A stretch of DNA of 64,000 bases from Comamonas sp. (GCA_031277805.1 JAITLR010000010.1:7256-71255), one strand, 5' to 3'; positions 9,484 to 19,624 are shown, counted from the stretch's first letter. Numbers and translations are program-made. Notes: a model not told the origin generated them from the sequence alone.

Positions 9484-10641
9484 TCACACCCGTACCTTGC
9501 CGTCCCCTGTGAGCATGGAAAGCTCCACAAAACGGGGCTTGCCCGCCTGGGGGCGGAATGCGATGGGGAAACCTGCCACCTGCTGGCCATTCAGCGCATC
9601 CAGCGCTGCGACCAGACCCGCGCGCTGCAGGCGGCCAGCCGCAGATGCGGACTTCAGGGCCTCGCCCACGACACGGGCGGCCAGATAGCCCTCCATGCTC
9701 GAATAATTGGGCTGCAGAGCCGTACCAGCCTTCTGCAGCGCAGTCTGGAACTCGCGTACCAGAGGATGCGATGTCTTGTAGGGTGACGGCACGACCTGGG
9801 AGACCACCACGCCTTCGGCCTCCTTGCCCAGCGCCTGCGCCAGTGCCGAAGTTCCCACAAACGACACGTTGTAGAACTGCCCGCCATAACCGGCCTGGCG
9901 AGCGGCACGCACAAACGCGGCGCAGGCAGCATAGGTGCCCACCTGCACGACCACATCGGCGCCCAGCGGCAGCAGGGTCTTGACGGCCTTGCCCACATCC
10001 TGGGAGTTACGCTCCACCGTGGCCGCCCCCACGGGCTTGAGACCATGGCCTTGTAACGCCTGAGTCACACCGTCGAGGCCCGACTGGCCGTAGGCATCGT
10101 TCTGATAGAACACCGCAATTTTCTTGAGTCCCAGCGCCACCAGCTGCTTGACCATGAGCGCGGTTTCATCGGCGTAGGAGGCCCGCAGATTGAAGACCGT
10201 CTGCGCCAGCTTGGGGTCGCGCAGACCTGCTCCACCGGTCAACGGAGCAATCAGCGGCACCTGGGCCTTCTGCAGCAAGGGCAAAGCGGCCATGCTGGTG
10301 GGAGTGCCCAGATAACCAAACAGAGCCATGACGTCGTCCGCCAGGAACTTCTGGGTATTGGCCACGCAGCGCTCAGGCTCGTATCCATCATCCAAAGTGC
10401 GCAGCTCCACCATGCGGCGACCTATCCCGCCCTGGGCATTGAGCAGGTCAAAGTACAGCTTGGCACCTTGCGAAAACTGTGTACCCAGCTGGGCCGAGGG
10501 CCCGCTGAGGGCACAGGACTGCCCCAGAACAATAGGCCCCGAGGCCTCCTGTGCCAGACCGTTGACACTCCAGACTCCAGCTGCTGCACCTGCAGCAGTC
10601 ACAAATTGACGACGATTCCACGGCCTTGGCTTGTCTTGCAT
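9484..10641 (-). CDS. LivJ-type (PBP1) periplasmic ligand-binding protein with a Tat-like signal
   Basis: NRRQFV twin-arginine motif, LSGPSA-LG, LDDGYEP and VVVSQVVP motifs. Confidence 0.88.
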   Translation of the reverse strand: MQDKPRPWNRRQFVTAAGAAAGVWSVNGLAQEASGPIVLGQSCALSGPSAQLGTQFSQGAKLYFDLLNAQGGIGRRMVELRTLDDGYEPERCVANTQKFLADDVMALFGYLGTPTSMAALPLLQKAQVPLIAPLTGGAGLRDPKLAQTVFNLRASYADETALMVKQLVALGLKKIAVFYQNDAYGQSGLDGVTQALQGHGLKPVGAATVERNSQDVGKAVKTLLPLGADVVVQVGTYAACAAFVRAARQAGYGGQFYNVSFVGTSALAQALGKEAEGVVVSQVVPSPYKTSHPLVREFQTALQKAGTALQPNYSSMEGYLAARVVGEALKSASAAGRLQRAGLVAALDALNGQQVAGFPIAFRPQAGKPRFVELSMLTGDGKVRV

Positions 10642-10795
10642 TGCTCTCTCCCTGCTTGGTGCTTGTTGTACGGGCTTGATCCATTCGCTGCCGTTGTGGC
10701 TCATTTCATGTTTTTCTGCATGAATGCGAGTCGCATAATAGGCTGACATTGCCGTCATTCACCGCGAATTCCCCCTCAGCCTCAGAGCATCCAAA

Positions 10796-12847
10796 ATGCC
10801 CCACATCGCACAAGTACGCGGCGCCTGCCCGCATGACTGCCCGGACACCTGCGCCCTGGTCACCACCGTCGTCGACGGCACGGCCACCAAGGTTCAAGGC
10901 AATGCAGAACATCGGCATACAGGCGGCGTGCTGTGCAGCAAGGTCAGCAAATACACGGAGCGCACCTACCATTCGGACCGAGTGCTGCAACCGCTCAAAC
11001 GCAGCGGCCCCAAAGGCTCGGGCCAGTTCACCCCCGTGAGCTGGGATGAGGCGCTGAGCGATATTGCCCAACGCCTGCACCAGATCGCACAACGCAATCC
11101 CGAAGCCATACTCCCCTACAGCTACGCGGGCACCATGGGCCAGGTACAGGGCCAGAGCATGGACCGGCGCTTTTTTCACCAGCTGGGCGCCAGCCTACTG
11201 GACCGCACCATCTGCGCCAGCGCAGGCAGTGAGGCCCTTGCCGCCACCTATGGCGGCAAGCTGGGCATGCGCATGGAATTCTTTGCCGAGAGCCAGCTGA
11301 TCCTGATCTGGGGCAGCAACAGCATCACCAGCAATCTGCACTTCTGGCGCTATGCCCAGGAGGCCAAGCGCAACGGCGCCAGACTGGTCTGCATAGACCC
11401 GCGCAAAAGCGAGACTGCCGACAAATGCCATGAGCATCTGCAACTGCTGCCCGGCACCGACGCCGCACTGGCCTTTGCGCTGATGCACGAGCTGATTGTC
11501 AACGGCTGGCTGGACCACGACTACATCGCGCAGCACACGCAGGGCTGGGACGCTCTCAAAGCCCGGGCTCTGGAGTGGCCTCCCGAGCGGGCAGCCCGAG
11601 TCTGCGGCCTGCCGGTAGAGCAGATCCGCCAGCTGGCACGCGACTATGGCAACAGCCAGCCCGCGGCCATCCGCCTGAACTACGGCATGCAGCGCGTGCG
11701 CGGAGGCGGCAACGCGGTGCGCGCCATTGCCTGCCTGCCGGCGCTGATCGGGGCCTGGCGCCACCGCGCGGGCGGACTGCTGCTGTCCAGCTCTGGCGTT
11801 CTACCCTTTGACATGGCTGCGCTGCAGATGCCCAGGCTGATGGGCAACCGCCGCCCACGCACGCTGAACATGAGCAGCATCGGCGATGTGCTGCTGCACC
11901 CTGGCGATGCCAGCTTCGGGCCCAAGGTGGAAGCCGTGGTCGTCTACAACAGCAATCCCGTGGCCGTGGCTCCCGAGTCGGCCAAGGTGGCCGCAGGCTT
12001 TGCGCGCGACGACCTGTTCACCGTGGTGCTGGAACATTTCATGACGGACACCGCCGACCATGCCGACTATGTGCTGCCCGCCACCACCCAGCTTGAGCAT
12101 TGGGACATTCACGGCAGCTACGGCCATACCGATGTGCTGCTGAACCGCCCCGCCATCGCCCCCGCAGGCCAGGCCCGCAGCAATGCCCGGATCTTCCGCG
12201 ACCTGGCCGCGCATCTGGCCAAGCTGGACCCTGTATTTGCCGCCAATCACTTTCACGAGTCCGATGAGGCTCTGGCCCGTCAGGCAGTTGCGCATACAGC
12301 TATCAGTTTTGATGAGCTTCTGGAGTGCGGCTTTGCCACCATCCCCTTGCCAGATGCTCCTTTTGCCAACGGAGGCTTTGCCACGCCATCCGGCAAGTGC
12401 GAATTTGACAACCCGGCGCTGGCCGCCCTGGGTGTCAGCACGCTGCCCGATCATCTGCCCAATTACGAAACGCCCACGGCCGACTACCCCCTGGCCATGA
12501 TCTCGCCGCCTGCCCGCAATTTTCTCAACAGCACCTTCACCAATGTTGCCAGCCTGCAGCGCATGGAAGAAAGACCGCTGCTGGAAATACACCCTGACGA
12601 TGCCGCCGCACGCGGCATTGCCGATGGCGATCTGCTGCGCGTCTTCAATGCGCGGGGCGAGCATGTCTGCCACGCCAGCGTCAACGGCCGCGCCCGCCAG
12701 GGCGTGGTGGCAGGCCTGGGCATCTGGTGGCGCAAACAGGGCGCCAACGGCACCAATGTCAACGAGCTGACGCATCAGCAGCTCACCGACATAGGGCGTG
12801 GCCCCTGCTTTTACGACTGCGCCGTGCAGGTTGCAAAAGCGCTCTGA
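10796..12847 (+). CDS. Molybdopterin-dependent oxidoreductase, uncharacterised subfamily
   Basis: CPHDCPDTC…C Fe-S motif, SWDEAL, TDTADHADYVLPATT and a C-terminal EIHPDDAAARGI dinucleotide-binding domain. Confidence 0.92.
   Translation: MPHIAQVRGACPHDCPDTCALVTTVVDGTATKVQGNAEHRHTGGVLCSKVSKYTERTYHSDRVLQPLKRSGPKGSGQFTPVSWDEALSDIAQRLHQIAQRNPEAILPYSYAGTMGQVQGQSMDRRFFHQLGASLLDRTICASAGSEALAATYGGKLGMRMEFFAESQLILIWGSNSITSNLHFWRYAQEAKRNGARLVCIDPRKSETADKCHEHLQLLPGTDAALAFALMHELIVNGWLDHDYIAQHTQGWDALKARALEWPPERAARVCGLPVEQIRQLARDYGNSQPAAIRLNYGMQRVRGGGNAVRAIACLPALIGAWRHRAGGLLLSSSGVLPFDMAALQMPRLMGNRRPRTLNMSSIGDVLLHPGDASFGPKVEAVVVYNSNPVAVAPESAKVAAGFARDDLFTVVLEHFMTDTADHADYVLPATTQLEHWDIHGSYGHTDVLLNRPAIAPAGQARSNARIFRDLAAHLAKLDPVFAANHFHESDEALARQAVAHTAISFDELLECGFATIPLPDAPFANGGFATPSGKCEFDNPALAALGVSTLPDHLPNYETPTADYPLAMISPPARNFLNSTFTNVASLQRMEERPLLEIHPDDAAARGIADGDLLRVFNARGEHVCHASVNGRARQGVVAGLGIWWRKQGANGTNVNELTHQQLTDIGRGPCFYDCAVQVAKAL
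12265..12317 (+). repeat. Degenerate GCTATC-family repeat read in frame inside the molybdopterin oxidoreductase CDS
   Basis: TGAGGCTCTGGCCCGTCAGGCAGTTGCGCATACAGCTATCAGTTTTGATGAGC aligns by eye with the intergenic copies. Confidence 0.45.
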
Positions 12848-13002
12848 ACACAAGGCTGGCTGCACGCCACGCATCCCCCGCTGCGGTTATCCGCGATACC
12901 CGATAAAGACAGTAGCCAGATAATGCAGGCAAGCTACAAGTAAAAAACGGCAGAAGAGAGACACCCGCAGGAGACTTTCCGCGCATCTGCCGACCTGACC
13001 AG

Positions 13003-14604
13003 ATGCCATTACTGAAGATAAAAAAGACTGCCAGAACTGCCGCCCGCCTGGATCTGCGCCGCCTGATTCTGGTGCTGACGATCTGCAGCGCCTTGATTCC
13101 GTTTGCCAACACCTTCTATGCCGGCTACCTGGTGCAGCGCCAACAGCTGATCGACACCACGCTGGAGGGCCATTACGCCTACGCCACCAAGCTGGCCCAC
13201 AGCACCGATGACTTTCTGCAATCGGCGCTGCAGCAGCTGGGCTACAGCGCCAAGCTGATGGCCGGGCACATGGATGACATCCACTATCTGGGTGAAGAAG
13301 CCACGCGTCTGCGCCTGCAGACCAAGAGCTTCAACTCCGTAACCGTCATCGACCAGACAGGCTATGTCCTGGCCACCTCCCCCGAAACCTTGCAGATCGC
13401 GGGCAAGACGCTTAAAAGTGCGGGCGTCACGGAAACCCTGAAGGCCAGAGGGCCGATCATCAGTCAGCCCTATATGGCGGTGACGGACAACTTCATCATC
13501 TTCGTCTCCCAGCCCATTTTTTCGGCGCAAGGCAAGTATCTGGGTGCCGTGGGAGGCAGCATCTACCTCAAGCAGGAAAGCATGCTGGACACCCTGCTGG
13601 GCTCGCACTTCTACCAGGATGGCACCTATGTCTTCGTGGTGGACAAGAACAAGCACATCATCTATCACCCCAACAACAAGCGCGTGGGTGAGCAGATCAG
13701 CAATAACGACGCCATCAACCAGGTCAGCCGGGGTGAATCCGGCAAGACGCCCCTGATCAACAGCCAGGGCATAGAGATGCTGGCGGGCTACGCCGTCGTG
13801 CCGTCCACGGGTTGGGGCATCGTGGCCCAGCGCCCCAAGACGGCCACGCTGGCTCCACTCAACGCATTGATGCGCTCCGTTCTCTACAAGACCCTGCCCA
13901 TCGCTCTGCTGATGCTGCTGGTGATCTGGTGGAGCGCCCGTCGCATCGCCAGCCCGCTGCGCCAGCTGGCCAACGGCGCGCGCGATATGGACAAACCGGA
14001 AACGGCGCAGAACATCCAGTCCGTCAGATCCTGGTACTTTGAATCGCAGGAGCTCAAGAAAGCCATGCTTCGTGGCTTTGGGCTATTGCATCGCAATATC
14101 ACCAAGCTGCGCGAGGACGTGAACACCGACCCGCTGACCGGCCTGGGCAACCGTCGTCACCTCGAAGCCGCCATCACCGCTTTCCAGGCCGAGAAAACGC
14201 CGTTTGCCGTGGTCGCCATCGACATCGATCACTTCAAGAAGATCAACGACAGCTTCGGCCATGATGCCGGCGACGAAGTTCTCAGGCAACTGGGTCGGCA
14301 GATACGGGAAGTTTCCCGCGTCGACGATATACCCTGCCGCATGGGTGGCGAAGAGTTTCTGCTGCTGCTGCCCATGGCCCCGCTGCATAGCGCGGCCCAG
14401 GTCGCCGAGCGCCTGCGCGTCCTGGTCGAAGAAACCGAGCTGGCCACGGTGGGCCGCATCACCGTCTCGCTAGGCGTGGCGCACTGGTCGGATGGCAATG
14501 ACATCAAGGCCGTGTTCCAGCAAGCCGACGCCATGCTGTATGCCGCCAAACGTGGCGGCCGCAACCGCGTGGAAGTGGTGCCCGCAGCAACCGTAGCTCT
14601 GTAA
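13003..14604 (+). CDS. Membrane diguanylate cyclase (Cache sensor, HAMP-like linker, GGDEF)
   Basis: Two TM segments flank a Cache domain. TDPLTGLGNRR, DIDHFKKIND, RVDD I-site and GGEEF are all present. Confidence 0.93.
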   Translation: MPLLKIKKTARTAARLDLRRLILVLTICSALIPFANTFYAGYLVQRQQLIDTTLEGHYAYATKLAHSTDDFLQSALQQLGYSAKLMAGHMDDIHYLGEEATRLRLQTKSFNSVTVIDQTGYVLATSPETLQIAGKTLKSAGVTETLKARGPIISQPYMAVTDNFIIFVSQPIFSAQGKYLGAVGGSIYLKQESMLDTLLGSHFYQDGTYVFVVDKNKHIIYHPNNKRVGEQISNNDAINQVSRGESGKTPLINSQGIEMLAGYAVVPSTGWGIVAQRPKTATLAPLNALMRSVLYKTLPIALLMLLVIWWSARRIASPLRQLANGARDMDKPETAQNIQSVRSWYFESQELKKAMLRGFGLLHRNITKLREDVNTDPLTGLGNRRHLEAAITAFQAEKTPFAVVAIDIDHFKKINDSFGHDAGDEVLRQLGRQIREVSRVDDIPCRMGGEEFLLLLPMAPLHSAAQVAERLRVLVEETELATVGRITVSLGVAHWSDGNDIKAVFQQADAMLYAAKRGGRNRVEVVPAATVAL

Positions 14605-14613
14605 TCAGGGGTG

Positions 14614-14934
14614 CTAGCCGGTAATCAGCAGCGCCAGCAGGACAGCCACACCCAGCAGCAAGGGCGCAGCCATACACACCAGCTCGAACACCCGCAAAAG
14701 GCGACGGGGCGCGAGCTGCGCCTTGAAGTCCAGGCCGTTGAGCACGGCGGCAACCAGGGACAGCAGGCCTGAAACCAGCACAGCCAGCAGGAATAGCGAC
14801 AGCAGCGGCATGCCGCAGGCAAATCCGCCCCGCTCGCCTTGAGCTTTCATAGCCCAATCGGCCTGCCAGTAGGCCAGTGCCGGAATCACCACCACGGCCA
14901 GCAGCATCAGCGCCCATGACACAGATCGCATCAT
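14614..14934 (-). CDS. Hypothetical 3-TM membrane protein
   Basis: 106 aa hydrophobic ORF whose ATG overlaps the upstream stop (ATGA). Confidence 0.65.
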   Translation of the reverse strand: MMRSVSWALMLLAVVVIPALAYWQADWAMKAQGERGGFACGMPLLSLFLLAVLVSGLLSLVAAVLNGLDFKAQLAPRRLLRVFELVCMAAPLLLGVAVLLALLITG

Positions 14935-15323
14935 GCGGCGCTCCCGGAGCCGGACGCCTGCCCCTGCTGCTGCACATGACGCGCCAGGGCCACGCGCTCG
15001 CGCTCCTTGCGGCGGCAGCTGTTGCAGCGATTGGCCTGGGTGAACACATGGCCGCCGGCCACCTCGTACCACCACTTTTGCCGCGTGGCAGTCCACAGCT
15101 CCTGCTTGCCACAGTCCTTGCAGACAAATGGCGTGTCCTGGTAGTAGCCACGCGCCACAAAGTCGGGTTGGCCGTAGCTGTTGTAGGGCGCCAGTTTTTG
15201 TGGATTGCAGGACACAACGCCATCTGCAGGCAGCGCCGCCCTGGGCTGCAGAGCCTGCGCTCTGGCCGCACGCTCTGCACGCTGCTGCTGTATCTCTGCC
15301 TTGCGTTGTTTTCCGCTTTTCAT
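14931..15323 (-). CDS. Zinc-ribbon protein (zf-trcl-like)
   Basis: YYQDTPFVCKDCG…WTATRQKWWYE…RCNSCRR motif and a basic N-terminus. Confidence 0.8.
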   Translation of the reverse strand: MKSGKQRKAEIQQQRAERAARAQALQPRAALPADGVVSCNPQKLAPYNSYGQPDFVARGYYQDTPFVCKDCGKQELWTATRQKWWYEVAGGHVFTQANRCNSCRRKERERVALARHVQQQGQASGSGSAA

Positions 15324-15364
15324 GAGCCACACCTTAACCCAGTCCAGGCCGGCGATGGCTTCTC

Positions 15365-15420
15365 ATGATCTGATAGCTGCCTGCGCTTATCCAATAAGCG
15401 CTTGAGGCAGATTTCACATC
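15365..15420 (-). repeat. GCTATC-family dispersed repeat, best-preserved copy
   Basis: Minus strand reads GTGAAATCTGCCTCAAGCGCTTATTGGATAAGCGCAGGCAGCTATCAGATC, with an internal hairpin GCGCTTAT / ATAAGCGC. Confidence 0.75.
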
Positions 15421-15449
15421 AAAAAGGCCCGGCAGATCCAGGCCTTTTT
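15421..15449 (-). terminator. Intrinsic terminator after the Bug gene
   Basis: Minus strand AAAAAGGCCTGG-atctg-CCGGGCCTTTTT. Confidence 0.7.
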
Positions 15450-15471
15450 GATGTCAGTTTATGGCTGTGAC

Positions 15472-16446
15472 TCAATCCAGCTTGGTGCCGGCAGCCTTGA
15501 TGACCTCACCCCAGCGCTTGGCTTCGGCACGGGCCATGGCATGGAACTGCTCGGGCGTGCCTGGCAGGGCTTCCATGCCGAAGTCCGCCATGCGCTTGAC
15601 CACCTCGGGGTCCTTGAGTGCTTTTTGCAGGTCGCCGTTGAGGCGCTGCACGATGGCCGGCGACATGCCCTTGGGGCCCAGAATGCCCTGGAAGGCATAG
15701 ACCTCGGAATCCTTGACGCCCAACTCGGCCAGCGTGGGCACATTGGGCAATGTGGGAATGCGCTTGGCCGTACCAATGGCCAGGGCTCGCACCTTGCCCG
15801 ACTGAATCATCGGCAGGCCCGCGGGCAGGTCCAGGAACATGCAGGGAACCTGGCCGCCCATCACATCGGCCACGGCTGGGGCCGCGCCCTTGTAGGGAAT
15901 ATGGGTCAGGCTGGTGCCGGTGCGGTTCTTGAACAGCTCCATGGCCAGATGATGGGGCGAGCCATTGCCTGGCGAGGCGTAATCAAGCTTGCCGGGGTGG
16001 GCCTTGGCGTAAGCCAGGAACTCCTTGAAGTCCTTGGCCGCGAAGGCGGGATTCACCACCAGCGCCATGGGGAAGCGGCTGATGCCGCCGATATAGGTGA
16101 AGTCTTTTTCAGGGTTGAAAGGCAGCTTGCTGAACAGATGCTCGTTGAACGCCAGGATGGCGTTGTCGGCCGACATGATGGTGTAGCCGTCCGGTTTGGC
16201 TGCAGCCACGATCTGGCCGCCGATATTGGTCGAGGCACCGGGGCGGTTGTCCACCACGATGGTCTGATTCAGCGTCTTGCGCATGGCCTCGGCCACAGTG
16301 CGGGCCAGCACATCGGTGCCGCCTCCTGGTGGGTAAGGAACCACCCAGCGCACGGGGCCGGTGGGCCAGTCCTGTGCCATGGCAAAAGGGGAAACAGCAG
16401 CAGCCGAGCCCGCAGCGGCTGCCGCAAGAAATTGACGTCGATCCAT
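15472..16446 (-). CDS. Bug/TctC substrate-binding protein with a Tat-like signal
   Basis: MDRRQFL, VVPYPPGGGTD, DNRPGA and HIPYKG motifs. Confidence 0.93.
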   Translation of the reverse strand: MDRRQFLAAAAAGSAAAVSPFAMAQDWPTGPVRWVVPYPPGGGTDVLARTVAEAMRKTLNQTIVVDNRPGASTNIGGQIVAAAKPDGYTIMSADNAILAFNEHLFSKLPFNPEKDFTYIGGISRFPMALVVNPAFAAKDFKEFLAYAKAHPGKLDYASPGNGSPHHLAMELFKNRTGTSLTHIPYKGAAPAVADVMGGQVPCMFLDLPAGLPMIQSGKVRALAIGTAKRIPTLPNVPTLAELGVKDSEVYAFQGILGPKGMSPAIVQRLNGDLQKALKDPEVVKRMADFGMEALPGTPEQFHAMARAEAKRWGEVIKAAGTKLD

Positions 16447-16504
16447 GGTTTTTGTCTCCTTGTGAATCACGGTTGGTTTTCTGTATCCGCGCTGCAGCCT
16501 CATC

Positions 16505-16560
16505 ACTACTGATAGCAGACAGCGCTTGAATCTATTGCGCTACACCCTGTTTTTTCTTGA
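16505..16560 (-). repeat. GCTATC-family repeat overlapping the TraB/GumN stop codon
   Basis: Minus strand AAGAAAAAACAGGGTGTAGCGCAATAGATTCAAGCGCTGTCTGCTATCAGTAG. Confidence 0.6.
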
Positions 16561-17590
16561 GTGCATTCAAAGGCACACGCTCGACCTTGTAGCCTTTCTT
16601 GCGCAGCAGCTCGGGCAGGCCATGGGGGCCGACCGTGTGCAGCGCGCCCACGGCGGCAAAGACGGTGTCGCCCTCCTTGAGCAGGTTGACAATACCGTCG
16701 GCCATGCCGGGATTGCGGCCATCGATCAGGCGTTCGAGCTGGGCGCGCTCGTGCGGTGTGTTGGCGCAATCGCACCAGTCGGCGTAGTTTTCCAGCCTGT
16801 CCTGTCGGCCGTCGGCCCACAGATCGGCAATCAGATTGACCATTTCGGGGGCCTTGCCGCTCTCCAGCTGCTTGAGACCCTCGCTGACGTTTTCCGACAC
16901 CTGCGCCGGATCGTCGGAAAACAGCTCCCGAATCTGCAGCTCTGGCGTCTCCAGTCCCACCACGGGCTTTTTGAGGCCCGCAGCCATGCCCGCCAGCATC
17001 ATGTCCACGCCATAGTCCGGGTACACCCCCAGGGGCCGCCCGGCCATGGCCTGCAGGGCCACCACCTGGGCATCGGGGCGCAGCGGTGCGATTTCCTGGG
17101 CACAGGCCTTTTCGCGCTGCGACTCCAGCCGCGCTGCCAATGCTGCGCTCAGCTCGGGAGCGTCATCACGCGCCTTCATGCCCTGGGCCAGATCCTTGAC
17201 CACCTCCGGGTCCAGCACATTGAGCTCCAGCGCCAGCTTGTCGGACTTCATCATGGCGCTCATCACCGTCCGGCCAGGCATCAGCCACTCGCGGCGGCCC
17301 ACATGCGATGTGCCATAAAGCCAGCTGTCGCGCCCGCCGTGACTCACACGCCAGAGCAGGCCCCGGTCCCGGGCATTGCGCGCCATGGCCTGCATTTCGC
17401 TCTTGCCAGGCACCGTCGCCTTGGCGGGACAGATGGCGGGTGCGGCCACGGCAGGCATGGGGACGTCCTTCAGCGCTGGGTCGGCTTCGGGTGCAGCCTG
17501 GGCCAGGCCGCTGCACAGGCTCAGCGCCAGGGCCAGGTTCAGCAAACGGCTTTGGCCTTGGATCACGGGGGGCATCCGCAAAACGCGCAT
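16532..17590 (-). CDS. TraB/GumN (TIKI-like) family protein
   Basis: WLYGTSH, LALE, GLET, GRN and AVGALH motifs with a signal-like N-terminus. The start is uncertain (17590 or 17575). Confidence 0.85.
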   Translation of the reverse strand: MRVLRMPPVIQGQSRLLNLALALSLCSGLAQAAPEADPALKDVPMPAVAAPAICPAKATVPGKSEMQAMARNARDRGLLWRVSHGGRDSWLYGTSHVGRREWLMPGRTVMSAMMKSDKLALELNVLDPEVVKDLAQGMKARDDAPELSAALAARLESQREKACAQEIAPLRPDAQVVALQAMAGRPLGVYPDYGVDMMLAGMAAGLKKPVVGLETPELQIRELFSDDPAQVSENVSEGLKQLESGKAPEMVNLIADLWADGRQDRLENYADWCDCANTPHERAQLERLIDGRNPGMADGIVNLLKEGDTVFAAVGALHTVGPHGLPELLRKKGYKVERVPLNALKKKQGVAQ

Positions 17591-17609
17591 AGAGGTCTCC
17601 GTCAGGGTT

Positions 17610-18683
17610 TCAATCCTGCGCAGTATCCATGACCGGTGCCTGATCTTCGCTATCGCTGTCATTGCCGCCGGGAGGCGCAATGTTCTGGTCGATGGCGCCA
17701 AAGATGCTCTGGCCGTCCTTGCCCTTCATCTCGATGCGGATGGTGTCGCCAAACTGCATGTATTCGGTCTTGGGCGCACCGTCCTGAATGGTCTCGATGC
17801 AGCGCTTTTCGGCGATGCAGCTATAGCCCTTGGGCCATTCCATGCGCTTTTCCTTGCCCTTGCCGGTTTCCACGCCCTTGTTGCTGACCGTGCCGCTGCC
17901 GACGATGGAGCCGGCGCGCACATTGCGGGTCTTGGCGATATGGGCGATCAACTGGCCGAAATGGAAGGTCATCTCATCGCCCGCATCGCACATGCCGACC
18001 TTGCGGCCATTCCAGGTGGATTGCAGCGTCAGATTCAGGCGGCCGCCCTTCCAGGCATCACCCAGTTCGTCCAGCGTCACGGCCACGGGGCTGAACGCAG
18101 TGGCGGGCTTGCTCTGGAAGAAACCAAAGCCCTTGGACAGCTCACCCGGGATCAGATTGCGCAGGCTCACGTCATTGACCAGCATCACCAGGCGGATGCC
18201 GTCCAGCGCCTGCTGCGCGTCCGTGCCCATGGGCACATCGCCGGTGACGACGGCAATCTCGGCCTCGAAGTCGATGCCCATGGCCGCGCTCGGCACGATC
18301 ACATCGTCGCAGGGACCAATGAAGTCATCGCTGCCGCCCTGGTACATCAGCGGGTCGGTATAGAAATTGGCGGGCACTTCGGCATTGCGGGCCTTGCGCA
18401 CCAGCTCCACATGGTTGATATAGGCCGAGCCATCGGCCCATTGGTAGGCGCGTGGCAGCGGAGCCATGCAGCGCTGAGGATCGAAGGGAAAGGCGTGGCG
18501 GGCCTTGCCGTGATTGAGTTCATGCGACAGGTCCTGCAACTGGGGAGCCATATAGCTCCAGTCGTCCAGCACCTGCTGCATGCGGTTGGCAATGCCTGTG
18601 GCATAACAAGCCATGCTCAGATCACGAGAGACCACGACCAATTGACCGTCGCGGGAGCCATCCTTGTAGGTTGCCAGTTTCAT
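17610..18683 (-). CDS. Fumarylacetoacetate hydrolase family protein
   Basis: MKLATYKDGSRDG, APLPRAYQWADGSAY, IDFEAE, NDVSLR and GSGTVSN motifs. Confidence 0.92.
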   Translation of the reverse strand: MKLATYKDGSRDGQLVVVSRDLSMACYATGIANRMQQVLDDWSYMAPQLQDLSHELNHGKARHAFPFDPQRCMAPLPRAYQWADGSAYINHVELVRKARNAEVPANFYTDPLMYQGGSDDFIGPCDDVIVPSAAMGIDFEAEIAVVTGDVPMGTDAQQALDGIRLVMLVNDVSLRNLIPGELSKGFGFFQSKPATAFSPVAVTLDELGDAWKGGRLNLTLQSTWNGRKVGMCDAGDEMTFHFGQLIAHIAKTRNVRAGSIVGSGTVSNKGVETGKGKEKRMEWPKGYSCIAEKRCIETIQDGAPKTEYMQFGDTIRIEMKGKDGQSIFGAIDQNIAPPGGNDSDSEDQAPVMDTAQD

Positions 18684-18751
18684 GCGTTTTCCTGTCCTCG
18701 CGGCACACGCTACTGGCACAATCCCAAGCAACGCCAGCCAAATTACGATTG

Positions 18752-18767
18752 GTTAAATTGATTTAAC
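18752..18767. promoter_or_regulatory. Palindromic operator between the FAH gene and IclR
   Basis: GTTAAAT-TG-ATTTAAC in an AT-rich divergent spacer. Confidence 0.5.
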
Positions 18768-18791
18768 TAAACAAAACACGATTCTATTGCA

Positions 18792-19583
18792 ATGGATAAG
18801 GAACGCGCAGGGATTCAGTCGGTCGAAGTGGGTTTCTCCCTAGTCGAAGCACTGGCGCAGGCCAGCGGCCCGCTGATGCTCAAGGATGTCGCCGCCGCAG
18901 CCGGCATGAGCGCCGCCAAGGCCCACCGCTATCTGGTGAGCTTTCAGCGCATAGGTCTGGTCGCACAGGACGAGCGCAATTCGCGCTATGACCTGGGGCC
19001 TGCGGCGCTCAAGATCGGCCTGGCCTCTCTGGCCCGCCTGGACCCGGTGCGTCTGGCGCGCGAGCGCATGCCCGGTCTGGTTGAAACCCTGAACCACACC
19101 TTGGCGATTGCGGTCTGGGGCAACCATGGCCCCACCATCGTGCACTGGGAAGAATCGGCCCAGGCTGTCACCGCCAATCTGCGCCTGGGTGATGTCATGC
19201 CCATGCTGGCCTCGGCCACGGGCCGCTGCTTTGCAGCCTGGCTGCCGCGCGAAGCGACAGCGCCGCTGCTGGAGCCAGAGATGGAACGTGCCCGCAAGGC
19301 CCATCGCCAGGACCTGCCCCTGAGCGAAGAAGCCGTGGCTGCCATGCTGGCCGAAGTACGCGAGCGCGGCACCGCCCGTGTAGTCGATACCGTGCTGCCC
19401 GGCATTGTGGCCTTCTGCGTGCCGGTCTTCGATGCATCGGGACACCTTGTGCTGGGACTGATGACCCTGGGATCGCTGGCGACTTTCGACCCGGAATATG
19501 GTGGAGCCATAGACACACCGCTGCAGGCCGCCGCACGCCAGCTCTCCAGTGATCTGGGTTGGACTGCCGACACAGCAGGCTGA
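18792..19583 (+). CDS. IclR family regulator
   Basis: GIQSVEVG, KAHRYL wHTH, SATGR and PVFD motifs. Confidence 0.93.
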   Translation: MDKERAGIQSVEVGFSLVEALAQASGPLMLKDVAAAAGMSAAKAHRYLVSFQRIGLVAQDERNSRYDLGPAALKIGLASLARLDPVRLARERMPGLVETLNHTLAIAVWGNHGPTIVHWEESAQAVTANLRLGDVMPMLASATGRCFAAWLPREATAPLLEPEMERARKAHRQDLPLSEEAVAAMLAEVRERGTARVVDTVLPGIVAFCVPVFDASGHLVLGLMTLGSLATFDPEYGGAIDTPLQAAARQLSSDLGWTADTAG

Positions 19584-19624
19584 GGCCTGCGCTTTTGCCG
19601 CAGATTCATCACAAAGACCAAGGC

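Noticed and set aside
8002-9786. 594-aa ORF on the + strand and many similar long antisense ORFs (e.g. 37429-39474, 51172-53406, 27480-28703)
   Set aside because: Shadow frames of well-supported genes in high-GC DNA, with no motifs or RBS.
14614-15330. Single 238-aa ORF suggesting a frameshifted gene
   Set aside because: Better explained as two genes coupled by an ATGA overlap at 14931-14934.
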